This document shows positions 37,891 to 46,887 of a stretch of DNA of 64,000 nt, in pieces. Every line of letters starts with the position of its first letter. Position 1 is the first letter of the stretch. The position numbers and the translations under genes are program-made. This DNA is from Gammaproteobacteria bacterium (lineage in GTDB: Bacteria > Pseudomonadota > Gammaproteobacteria > GCA-001735895): positions 1,233 through 65,232 of the forward strand of contig JBNLGQ010000042.1 of the NCBI GenBank assembly GCA_050306135.1. The letters run 5' to 3'. The notes beneath the pieces were generated by a model. It saw nothing but the letters and a program-made list of their open reading frames with translations. It was not told the origin of the DNA and ran no database searches.

Positions 37891-37935
37891 TGACATATTA
37901 TGTCACTAAAGTAGCGCTCTCGACATAATATGTCA
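37891..37935. promoter_or_regulatory. Two palindromic operator-like sites TGACATA-t-TATGTCA (37891-37905) and GACATA-a-TATGTC (37922-37934), centres 30 bp apart
   Basis: Read directly. Both are perfect 6-7 bp inverted repeats with a 1-nt centre. They lie 5 nt upstream of the RBS of the first operon gene, inside the 300-bp divergent intergenic region. Confidence 0.55.
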
Positions 37936-38175
37936 AGAATAATTTTGTGAATATTCCAGATAATTTCAGGTTTAGTCATTTTCGATAATCTGGTCAAACA
38001 TTAGAGTATAGACAAGCTACCTGAAAGCAGGTATTAAACAATCAACTGATTGATATCAAGAATGCATAAAATCATCATGAAGCACTTTATATGTAACTAT
38101 TGACTACCACGTTATTTGCACCGGTAACATAATCGATTGTAAGCTCAAATCAAATTAACTCGCTCAAATTATCAG

Positions 38176-39084
38176 ATGAAGGAACTAATAGAAAAAAGCA
38201 TAGAGACTGTTCGCTCGGCAAGCGATAAAGCCAGCAATGAAATCTCTGCAGGGTTTATTCTCATAAAGGAAAAGATTAACGGACTACCGATATTTGTATC
38301 ATCTGAGACATCTAATAAATACAAGAACATAAAGTATGATGAAAAACACTATTTCGTGATCCCTTATCACCTTTCAGAGCATAAATTCGCACTGCATACG
38401 ATGAGATGCCTGCCTGAATCAGTCCCTGAAATAAATAATCTCCCCAAAAGAAGAGTGTTTCATTTTGCTAACGAACATTCTGAGGCTATGCTCAAGGAGT
38501 ATATGCGACAAAGCGCAATTGATATTGTGCTTGATGAGAGAAAAGACAATCTAAACAGCCTTCAATCCCTGGCAAACGAAATTGATTCTCTGGACAAAAA
38601 ATTAACCTACGGGATGCTGCTGGTTGGCGGTTTAACCGCTATAGCAAATCCACTGGTAGGTGCAGGTATAGCCGCAAAGGCATTACTTCCAGGTGTAGGA
38701 GGCTTGCTGAATAAATATGGATTACGTCCTACCGGTGAAAAACTTAGCAAATATCAACTCGATAAATCTATCAGGGAAGCAGAAGATTCTGTTAACAAGG
38801 AGTTTGAGAATTCAAATACCCTAAAAGTAGTAAACCCGATATTACAGGAACTAGAGCTAGCGCTGCGTACCACTGAAACCGAGCACGACCCTTTGCTTGA
38901 TCCGAATTTATCGAATGGCAGTATCCCTGAGCTTAGCGACGAAAGATGGCGAACATTAACAGAAGTTGCCATCTGCAATGTATATAAAGACGTTTATGAA
39001 AACCCTGACTTGCATCAGAAAGCAAACCTCGGCCCTGAGGATATACGGTGGTTAAAAGTATTGTTCGAAGTGAACAAGAGCTAA
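38176..39084 (+). CDS. Hypothetical protein with central glycine-zipper hydrophobic segment
   Basis: No recognisable family. Hydrophobic segment GMLLVGGLTAIANPLVGAGIAAKALLPGVGGLL. The gene is AT-rich (roughly mid-30s % GC by eye). Confidence 0.5.
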   Translation: MKELIEKSIETVRSASDKASNEISAGFILIKEKINGLPIFVSSETSNKYKNIKYDEKHYFVIPYHLSEHKFALHTMRCLPESVPEINNLPKRRVFHFANEHSEAMLKEYMRQSAIDIVLDERKDNLNSLQSLANEIDSLDKKLTYGMLLVGGLTAIANPLVGAGIAAKALLPGVGGLLNKYGLRPTGEKLSKYQLDKSIREAEDSVNKEFENSNTLKVVNPILQELELALRTTETEHDPLLDPNLSNGSIPELSDERWRTLTEVAICNVYKDVYENPDLHQKANLGPEDIRWLKVLFEVNKS

Positions 39085-39158
39085 CGAATATACACTAACC
39101 CACAATATTACGCTATTCTACACCTCTGAATTATAAGCTATATTCCAAAGGAAATTTC

Positions 39159-39695
39159 ATGCACTGTCCGAAATGTAAAACGATTATTCTTAAGCCAACC
39201 AAACTAGATGACAGCCTGCCCGTATTTGGCTGCCCTGAGTGTGGTGGATCACTGTTATCTCTTCTCTATTATAGAGATTGGGCGGAAAGAGTTACCCTCG
39301 ATTCTTCTGATTTTGAATCTAGTAGTGAGGTAGTAGAAGATGCTGACACCAAAACTTCTTTGAGCTGTCCTAAGTGCAGCCGAATTATGACAAAGTACTC
39401 CATATCTGGATCGATACATAGTCGTCTAGATCTGTGTGGCAATTGTGACGAGGCCTGGCTTGATGGTGGGGAATGGCAATTGCTTAAATCTCTGGAAATG
39501 GCAAACAGGTTACCAAAAATTTTCACCGAACAGTGGCAGCAAAAGGTTCGAAGCGAAAAAATGGCATTGAGTAAGATCGAACGCCTGAAAAAAGTTATTG
39601 GTGAAATTGATACTGAGAAAGCCGTAGAAATAAAGAAATGGATTAATGAGCACGCTAATAAGGCTAGCATTATTCAATTCATAGGTTCTGATTAG
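39159..39695 (+). CDS. Tandem TFIIB-type zinc-ribbon protein (zf-TFIIB/PF13453-like) with C-terminal coiled coil
   Basis: Two CxxC...CxxC ribbons (CPKC...CPEC; CPKC...CGNC). The second is followed by the family-typical WLDGGEW motif. Confidence 0.55.
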   Translation: MHCPKCKTIILKPTKLDDSLPVFGCPECGGSLLSLLYYRDWAERVTLDSSDFESSSEVVEDADTKTSLSCPKCSRIMTKYSISGSIHSRLDLCGNCDEAWLDGGEWQLLKSLEMANRLPKIFTEQWQQKVRSEKMALSKIERLKKVIGEIDTEKAVEIKKWINEHANKASIIQFIGSD

Positions 39696-39874
39696 ACTCA
39701 GAGTTATTTATCTGTATCGATGCTTGTTGAACAATCCCTCTATTTCTTGCTGTAAACTAAATGTATCCGCACGATTTAAGGCATATTTGAACTTTCAACC
39801 GTAATTCAAAACATTCGGGACGAGTCGGGATATATTTAGCTAATATACAAATTCATGAATTAATAGGAGTCTGC

Positions 39875-40114
39875 TTAAGTAAAAGCATTAAAAGCAATAA
39901 TGGTATGCGTATCCCGAATCCCAGGAATGCTATGTATCTGAGTTTCTACATAACGTCCGATATCTTCGGAGTTATCCAGATAACACTTCGCCATTAAATC
40001 GTACTGACCTGAAATCGAGAAAACTTCTGACACACTGTCTCTTTCGACCAGCTCAGCTGCGACTTCATAAGCCTTGCCCAGTTCACATTTTAATTGTACG
40101 AATATGGCTTGCAT
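39875..40114 (-). CDS. Stand-alone Lrp/AsnC ligand-binding (RAM) domain protein
   Basis: About 79 aa matching the AsnC_trans_reg C-terminal domain. The ATG at 40114 has an AGGAAA RBS. The track ORF begins at a TTG at 40159. Confidence 0.55.
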   Translation of the reverse strand: MQAIFVQLKCELGKAYEVAAELVERDSVSEVFSISGQYDLMAKCYLDNSEDIGRYVETQIHSIPGIRDTHTIIAFNAFT

Positions 40115-40171
40115 GTAACTTTCCTGAGATAGATTTGATTCCAGATGAGTATAAACCAACCGCTATTCTGG

Positions 40172-40486
40172 TCAATCTATAGCTGCGTATACCTGGTCAT
40201 TATCGATCTTGCTAGGGTATGTCTGTACATCGCTCTCCAGCGGTGCACACAGTGCCTTACCCGTTTTGATACAAAACTTGCCCTGGTGCAGAGGGCATTC
40301 AATCTGCCCGTCTTCGACAAAGCCATCACTTAGTCTGGCCAGACCATGGGTGCAGATATTATCCGTCACATACACCTCGCCTTGTATACTGTAGATGGCC
40401 AGATCTTTTCCATCTACTACAACACCGATAACGTCATCATCTATAAGCTCATTGACGCTAACAATTGTTTTCCATTGATCTCCCAT
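40172..40486 (-). CDS. Rieske-type [2Fe-2S] ferredoxin component of the ring-hydroxylating oxygenase system (NagAb-like)
   Basis: 104 aa with CTHG...CPLHQGKF Rieske ligands. Confidence 0.8.
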   Translation of the reverse strand: MGDQWKTIVSVNELIDDDVIGVVVDGKDLAIYSIQGEVYVTDNICTHGLARLSDGFVEDGQIECPLHQGKFCIKTGKALCAPLESDVQTYPSKIDNDQVYAAID

Positions 40487-40494
40487 TACTCACC

Positions 40495-40968
40495 TCACAC
40501 AGGATATATGACAGAATTAGGCACCATTTCGCTATCGTATACGGCTCTACGGCTTTTAAATTTCAAACCCTGTTCTGTCCTTTGAACTTCATCAATATAG
40601 CGACCTGCATTAAATACCGTCGTCATACCATCGTATTTGGTGCGCATAACAGAATAATTGGCTTCAGAATATATGACATCACCTTCCACTTTGATCACAT
40701 GCGGAGCACCGACAATGTGGCGTTGATAATAGGGGTCATAGAAAAGGGTTTCCTTGATACCATACACGCGGTCTACCAGCATTTCCCTGCTTTCAAGATC
40801 CAGCAGGCCCAGCGGCATACCTCGTTCATAGTTCTCACGCGGTTGTAGGCTATACACACAATCCTCAGTGAAAAATTCAGGCCACTCGTCCCAGTTATCT
40901 GAATCCACAACCAGAGAGTATTCGGCATAAAGGTTTAATAGTTCGTAATAGGTTTCGAAATTGATCAT
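40495..40968 (-). CDS. Ring-hydroxylating oxygenase small (beta) subunit (NagH-like)
   Basis: NTF2/SnoaL-like beta-subunit fold. The start is at the ATG at 40968 (MINFETYY) with a GGAGGT RBS, 4 nt after the alpha-subunit stop. Confidence 0.8.
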   Translation of the reverse strand: MINFETYYELLNLYAEYSLVVDSDNWDEWPEFFTEDCVYSLQPRENYERGMPLGLLDLESREMLVDRVYGIKETLFYDPYYQRHIVGAPHVIKVEGDVIYSEANYSVMRTKYDGMTTVFNAGRYIDEVQRTEQGLKFKSRRAVYDSEMVPNSVIYPV

Positions 40969-40972
40969 AGTC

Positions 40973-42235
40973 TTATACCTCCATCGTCTTGCGCCAGTAG
41001 TTGTACATGCCACGTATCAGGGTTTCAGTAACCATGTGCTCGCTATCTGCGATATCAGTGCCACCCATCTCAACAAGCGTACGATGTGATGGTTTTGTCT
41101 CAAAACCTTCCTGTGAGAACTCGATGACTTCACCGTCATCGGCCGATACGAATCCTGCAGGACCAAACAGATTGGCCTGTATTAAACGACGTTTCACCAT
41201 CTCTTCATCATCATCTTCATAACAGAAATGCGTCCAGACAAAATCAAAGCTATCTTTACCATTGGGCTGTATGTGTCGGGTAGAGACACTATTCACCTGT
41301 TGCTGGAAAATGACTGAAGGGAAAACCGTTGTCATTACAGCCGTTGGACCGCCCCACCAGGACTCCTGAACGATATCCAGCAGTCGGTTATCGTTAACCT
41401 TCATGTCTTCCTTGAAGCTTTCAATACCATTGACCACCTCGTCTACCTTACCGCCCTTGCCTCTTGTAGAGATCATTGCCGCATGACGAAACTTATCATC
41501 CATACGTAATTGCGATTCATTGTCCGCACGCCACAGGCCAAAGGTTACAAACCAGGTATGTAACAGTCCGGGATGGTAAGGATCTTTGATATTTTCCTGC
41601 ATCAGCTTCCAGTTACCGGGAATACGTTGTTTGCGATAGCCGAGGATCTTTAGCTTTCGACCATCAAAGGTACGATCAAAATACTTTAATATTTCTGGGC
41701 CTAAAAAATCTTCTAAAGACTCTACATTATGATCAAAGGAAGCAAACACCACGCCATTGCGTATAGCAACCTTGAGCTTTGTTAAACCGTGATCCTTTGG
41801 GTGAAAATCCTTTGGCATACCACCATTGACCTTACCGTCTTTCTTGACCCCACGTAAAAATGGTACGCCCTGTAAATCGCCATTATGTGCATAATTCCAC
41901 TGGTGATAAGGACAGACAAAATCCTTGCGATTGCCATGTCTCTCACGGCAAAAGCGCATACCACGATGTGCACAAACGTTTTCTACAACAAAAATTTCAT
42001 CATCCTTTCCACGCGTCATAATAACGGAACGCTCACCCACAAATGTGCGTTTGAAGTCTCCGTGTTCGGGGATCTCGGCTTCTAAGCCGACATAGCACCA
42101 GTGGTTTGAATAAAAAAAACGTTCTAACTCTTTCTGGTAAAGATCTTGCGAGGTATAAGCCCAGAAAGGGATACGACTAGTGCCCTGTTGTTTCCACTTT
42201 TCTTCTACGGGAAAAGCATTTGATGCTTCATTCAT
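40973..42235 (-). CDS. Ring-hydroxylating oxygenase large (alpha) subunit, salicylate-5-hydroxylase/anthranilate-dioxygenase-like (NagG/AndAc family)
   Basis: Rieske CAHRG...CPYHQWNY and catalytic iron motif DPYHPGLLH. 420 aa. Confidence 0.8.
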   Translation of the reverse strand: MNEASNAFPVEEKWKQQGTSRIPFWAYTSQDLYQKELERFFYSNHWCYVGLEAEIPEHGDFKRTFVGERSVIMTRGKDDEIFVVENVCAHRGMRFCRERHGNRKDFVCPYHQWNYAHNGDLQGVPFLRGVKKDGKVNGGMPKDFHPKDHGLTKLKVAIRNGVVFASFDHNVESLEDFLGPEILKYFDRTFDGRKLKILGYRKQRIPGNWKLMQENIKDPYHPGLLHTWFVTFGLWRADNESQLRMDDKFRHAAMISTRGKGGKVDEVVNGIESFKEDMKVNDNRLLDIVQESWWGGPTAVMTTVFPSVIFQQQVNSVSTRHIQPNGKDSFDFVWTHFCYEDDDEEMVKRRLIQANLFGPAGFVSADDGEVIEFSQEGFETKPSHRTLVEMGGTDIADSEHMVTETLIRGMYNYWRKTMEV

Positions 42236-42260
42236 ATTGATTCGTCCTCCAGTTTAATTA

Positions 42261-43247
42261 TTAAATGCCAGAACTGTAAAAAGCATCGGTATATATTCTG
42301 TCGCTATCATGACCCGCCTTTTTCAACATCATATTGGCTGCTTCAACCATCTGTGGTGATCCGGCCAGATAGCTACGCCAACCGGCAAAATCTTTAAAAT
42401 CTTCAAAAACTGCATCTGTGACTAAGCCACTGCGGTATGTACCATTTTCAGGACCGGACATAACGACAATGTGAAAATGAATATTCGGATATTGAGATGA
42501 AAGCTGTAGAAATTCGTCTTCGCCGTAGACATCATTCGATGTCAGTGCGCCAAAATAGACATGTATCGGATTAGTCATACCCCGGCTCACAGCCGAGCGT
42601 ACTATCGATAAAATAGGTGCCAATCCAGTGCCACCAGCAATACAGAGCATTGGCCCCTGATGTAAAGTTCGTAGGTAGGACGTCCCCATTGGGCCGGTCA
42701 CGCGAACATTATCACCAACCTTTAACTGGTCTTTTATGTAACTGGTCACTCGACCATTGGGGACCAGGCGCACATGGAAATCCATCAAGTCATCATCAGC
42801 TAGACAGGCCATTGAATAAGGTCGAATATGATCGGGAGTAAATTGTAAAGTGACATACTGGCCTGCCGAAAAGTCCATCTTTTTGGCGGTTTTTAAGCGG
42901 ATATGCAGAATATCGTGTGTCAGGTATTCAAGCTCAGCCACACTGGCTTTGAGTATTTTTGCTGGGTGAGTAACCGGTTCATCAGGTTCTGGTATCTCTA
43001 TTACGCAATCTTCAGTAACGGTTGACTGACAGGCCAGGATTGTTCCATCATTTTTCTCACCGGGTAAAGCAGCATCGCGTCCTCCTTCAAGCACATGACC
43101 GGAAATCACCTTGCATCTGCACACACCACATTTGCCGGAGATACAGCTATAGGAAACCGGTATATTTTCATTCCTCAGGGTGTCCAACAGGTTCGCACCT
43201 GTTTCAACATCAATGGTCTGGTCTAAAGGCTGAATATTCAGTTTCAT
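42261..43247 (-). CDS. Oxygenase reductase component: plant-type [2Fe-2S] ferredoxin fused to FNR-like FAD/NAD(P)-binding domain (NagAa-like)
   Basis: Ferredoxin motif CISGKCGVCRCKV followed by an FNR-family flavin and NAD-binding region (328 aa). Confidence 0.8.
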   Translation of the reverse strand: MKLNIQPLDQTIDVETGANLLDTLRNENIPVSYSCISGKCGVCRCKVISGHVLEGGRDAALPGEKNDGTILACQSTVTEDCVIEIPEPDEPVTHPAKILKASVAELEYLTHDILHIRLKTAKKMDFSAGQYVTLQFTPDHIRPYSMACLADDDLMDFHVRLVPNGRVTSYIKDQLKVGDNVRVTGPMGTSYLRTLHQGPMLCIAGGTGLAPILSIVRSAVSRGMTNPIHVYFGALTSNDVYGEDEFLQLSSQYPNIHFHIVVMSGPENGTYRSGLVTDAVFEDFKDFAGWRSYLAGSPQMVEAANMMLKKAGHDSDRIYTDAFYSSGI

Positions 43248-43348
43248 ATTGGTAGTGATCCTGGTAACTGATGCTAATGTTAGACCTGAGATGGTTATAT
43301 TGATAATTTATATGTATTATATTTATCATTCACAAACTGAATAACACT

Positions 43349-44254
43349 ATGAAGAATTTAGACCTTAATCTACTGATAGTTTTTAATGAACTATTCAAGC
43401 GCCGTAGCGTTTCTGCCGTTGCCTCTTCGATTAATCTGACACAACCTGCCGTCAGTAATGCTTTGCGACGACTACGTGAGTCCTTAAACGATGAACTTTT
43501 TGTTAAAACCTCTCGCGGTATGGTCCCTACACCATTCGCACTGCAATTTGCTGAACCTATTGCCTATGCATTAAATTCCATACAAAGCACTCTGGATCAA
43601 AATATCAACTTTGACCCATTAAGCAGTTCTCGCACCTTTAACGTAGCAATGTCTGATATTGGTGAGATTTATTTCATCCCCATCCTGATCAAACACTTAA
43701 GCGAGATTGCTCCAAATATCAATATCCGAACCTATCGCACAAGTGGTGAAGATTTAAAAGAGAAAATGGAAGACGGTGAAATAGATCTGGCTGTCGGCCT
43801 GTTACCCGATCTAAAAAGTGGATTTTTTCAACGACGCCTGTTCAACCAGAAATACGTCTGCTTAACCCGTTCAGGTCAGGAGTATGGGAAAAAACTCAGT
43901 TTAAAAAAATTTCTGGAAGCCGATCATGTTGCGATTGATGCCGTTGGTACTGGTCATAGCGAGATTGAAACCATCCTGAATAGAATGGGATACTCTCGAA
44001 ACATCGTTATGCATGTACCGCATTTTGTCGCAGTCGGTCATATTTTATCCGCCTCAAACCTGATTGCGACAGTGCCTGAAAAGTTTGCTGACTGTTGCAC
44101 TGCACCCTTTAATCTGACGGCCTATCCTCACCCGATTGATCTACCCAGCATTATGATCAATATCTTCTGGCATGGTCGCTTTCATAAGGAAGCTGGTAAT
44201 CAATGGCTCAGATCAGTGTTTGCGGATCTATTTGCAGAAAATGAAAAACCATAG
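43349..44254 (+). CDS. LysR family transcriptional regulator (divergent from oxygenase operon)
   Basis: N-terminal wHTH (LNLLIVFNELFKRRSVSAVASSINLTQPAVSNALRRLRE) with a LysR substrate-binding domain. Confidence 0.85.
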   Translation: MKNLDLNLLIVFNELFKRRSVSAVASSINLTQPAVSNALRRLRESLNDELFVKTSRGMVPTPFALQFAEPIAYALNSIQSTLDQNINFDPLSSSRTFNVAMSDIGEIYFIPILIKHLSEIAPNINIRTYRTSGEDLKEKMEDGEIDLAVGLLPDLKSGFFQRRLFNQKYVCLTRSGQEYGKKLSLKKFLEADHVAIDAVGTGHSEIETILNRMGYSRNIVMHVPHFVAVGHILSASNLIATVPEKFADCCTAPFNLTAYPHPIDLPSIMINIFWHGRFHKEAGNQWLRSVFADLFAENEKP

Positions 44255-44297
44255 CAATCTAGTTCAAAACACAATAAACATTCAAACCTGATAAGGA

Positions 44298-46547
44298 TTA
44301 TAAACCCTGGATATATTGTGCATGAGTCGATTTCTTAACCAGTTTGTGCAATTGTGATTGCGCTGGATCATCACCGTTTAACAGCTGTTCAAAGTGTTTA
44401 ATCAATATAGCTTTATCCTGCTCTGCTTCTGAATCGGTGCCAATGTTGGTCAGATCAATAAAAAACTCATCAAATAGATCGGCTAGATCGTTCACTATGT
44501 CGAGATTTAAGAACTGTTCGTGATTATAGATAGCTGGATAGCCACCTTTTTGTTTATCTACAGTAAAAGGAACGCCTTTTATATTGGTAATAGAGGTTGA
44601 TTTTGTACAGGTCAACATACAGCTATCATTGATACTGGGCTTTTTACAACCTACTGTCTGCTGGAAAAAACACTGACGACTCACCATCATTAATATCGGG
44701 TGATAAATACTGTACAGCAGTTTGAAGTTGTCAGGGCGAGCAATATTTTTGATTTGCATACGATTAATCTCGTTTGAAATAAAGGCTCCCGCACAGTTCA
44801 AGTCTTCTTTTAAGGTTAACAGTGCATATGAATTGGTCGTATTTAAGAATGGACCCGCTATCCACTCTATACCCATTTCAAATGCTTTATAGGCTATTCC
44901 AGTATTGTTACTGATAATTCGTGGAGGACGGACGTGTTCGAGTATCCGAACAGATTCCTCATAGTCTTTACCAATCAATACCGCAGGAAACCACGGAATC
45001 AGACGAGGATTACGCAATAAGATATCAATGTGTTTATTGCTGCCTTTTTTGAGACTTTCCGGCAACTTGAAATACACATCTGCATCAGTCAGATCACACA
45101 GATGTAGGTCTTTTTCATCCGCAATTAATATCGACAAGGCAGGTTTAGCTGCAGTTTTGTTGTACTTATCTAGCGGCGGAACATCGACAAAAGGAACATA
45201 TTCTACTGAGTTATCTAATAATGATGCAGCCTGTTTTTTTAATAGCGTAAGTTCCTTAAACGGTACCGTTAAGCCATCATCAAGATCACTGTAATCAAGA
45301 GCAGATACGTTATAACTATTACAGGCAAAGTTTTTAAAATGCTTGTCTAAAGCAATTTGATTGACCGCTTTTCTAGTGGCTGGTTTTAGCAGTGATGACG
45401 TTTCTAATCTGATCACTTTATCATTATCACCAATTGTCATAGTTAAACAAAAGGGTGTATTCAGCTTTCCAGAAAAAGCTAAGGTTAACGATTCTTTAGC
45501 AATGCTCAGATGTTTAATCTTTTCTGCGAGTTCATCTCCGAGTTTATTCTTTTGCGTGTGAAGCTCATCTTTCACATGCTGTATATCTTGTACCAGAACG
45601 GCATGACTTTTCTCAATCGCGTAGGTAACACTATGATCACGAGGATTATCGATAAACATCTCTTTGTTGAGGTTGCCTTTCAAAAAGGAGTTCGTAAAGT
45701 CACGATTAAAAACACGATGTAAATTAGAGTCGTCAGTTAATGGTATTCCTGTTTTATAAAACGCGTCTATCTGCTTTCTCCAGGTGTCGACTACTGTGTA
45801 AACATAGTGTGCATTCTTAATACGACCCTCAATCTTCAATGAATCAACGCCAGCATCGACTAATTCAGGAAGATCAAAATAAGCAGAATTATCTTTCAAA
45901 TTGAGTGGAAAACGATTGCCCGCAGCAGTAATTTCATATTCGTCACGACATGCCTGACTACAGCTGCCACGATTGCCTGAGTTACCCACTCTAACCGAAC
46001 TGGAGTAACACTGCCCGGAAAACGCGATACACAGTGCACCATGTACAAAAACCTCTATTTGAATATCATGTCTGTGGGCTAATTCGGTTAATGATTTTAT
46101 TTCATCAATATTCAATTCACGTGATAGATTGATACGAGAGACAGCAATTTTTTTCAGGAATAATATCTGGCCTTCATTAAGCGTAGTCATCTGAGTAGAA
46201 GCATGAATTTTTATGCGCGGGAAATACTTCTTTACCAGATTAAAAATACCCAGATCCTGTACGATAATGCCATCTATAGCGGTATTGGCCAGCTTGTTCA
46301 GTAGTTTGATCAAGCTGGGAAGTTCGCGTTCGAGAATAACCACGTTTAAGGTCAAAAAGACACTACAATCGTATTTGTGCGCTAAAACGATGATGCCGGT
46401 TAAGTCATCAAAACTTAGATTAGATGCTCGATTTCGAGCATTAAAATTATCCAGGCCACAATAGACCGCATCCGCGCCGGAAACAATAGCTGCTTTAATG
46501 GCTTCTACATCGCCACCGGGGGCTAATAATTCGATATTTGTATTCAT
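44298..46547 (-). CDS. Peptidase U32 family protein (long form, collagenase-like)
   Basis: N-terminal U32 core (LLAPGGDVEAIKAAIVSGADAVYCG...; E..H..Q motif region) with a long C-terminal extension. Confidence 0.75.
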   Translation of the reverse strand: MNTNIELLAPGGDVEAIKAAIVSGADAVYCGLDNFNARNRASNLSFDDLTGIIVLAHKYDCSVFLTLNVVILERELPSLIKLLNKLANTAIDGIIVQDLGIFNLVKKYFPRIKIHASTQMTTLNEGQILFLKKIAVSRINLSRELNIDEIKSLTELAHRHDIQIEVFVHGALCIAFSGQCYSSSVRVGNSGNRGSCSQACRDEYEITAAGNRFPLNLKDNSAYFDLPELVDAGVDSLKIEGRIKNAHYVYTVVDTWRKQIDAFYKTGIPLTDDSNLHRVFNRDFTNSFLKGNLNKEMFIDNPRDHSVTYAIEKSHAVLVQDIQHVKDELHTQKNKLGDELAEKIKHLSIAKESLTLAFSGKLNTPFCLTMTIGDNDKVIRLETSSLLKPATRKAVNQIALDKHFKNFACNSYNVSALDYSDLDDGLTVPFKELTLLKKQAASLLDNSVEYVPFVDVPPLDKYNKTAAKPALSILIADEKDLHLCDLTDADVYFKLPESLKKGSNKHIDILLRNPRLIPWFPAVLIGKDYEESVRILEHVRPPRIISNNTGIAYKAFEMGIEWIAGPFLNTTNSYALLTLKEDLNCAGAFISNEINRMQIKNIARPDNFKLLYSIYHPILMMVSRQCFFQQTVGCKKPSINDSCMLTCTKSTSITNIKGVPFTVDKQKGGYPAIYNHEQFLNLDIVNDLADLFDEFFIDLTNIGTDSEAEQDKAILIKHFEQLLNGDDPAQSQLHKLVKKSTHAQYIQGL

Positions 46548-46887
46548 GTTACTGATAATTCAAAGGTAATACTTTTGGGGTGGATCATTCAGGTAGGGTT
46601 TACAATCTTCAGGCTATCTGGCCTCAGGTTTAATAAGCTTTTGCAGGCCTACATACTATTGAATGAATGAACTAAAATACACTAGCCTGTTGTATAGGGT
46701 ATATTGCCACTTAAGGCTGGGTTATGCCATCGTTGTGTTCTCATCACATCCTTTTAATTGTAACCGGCAGATCAGCACTATGGTACCTGATTCTTGTTTC
46801 TCTGTTACCTAATCCTGTGTTTAAATATTTATAGATGGCAATGTCTTACAAAATATGGGCCAATAGGATATACATGATTTAAGCATA

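Noticed and set aside
39875-40159. Track ORF start at 40159 for the Lrp-RAM gene
   Set aside because: That first codon is TTG. An ATG at 40114 with an AGGAAA RBS gives the standard roughly 79-aa RAM domain, so the shorter form is preferred.
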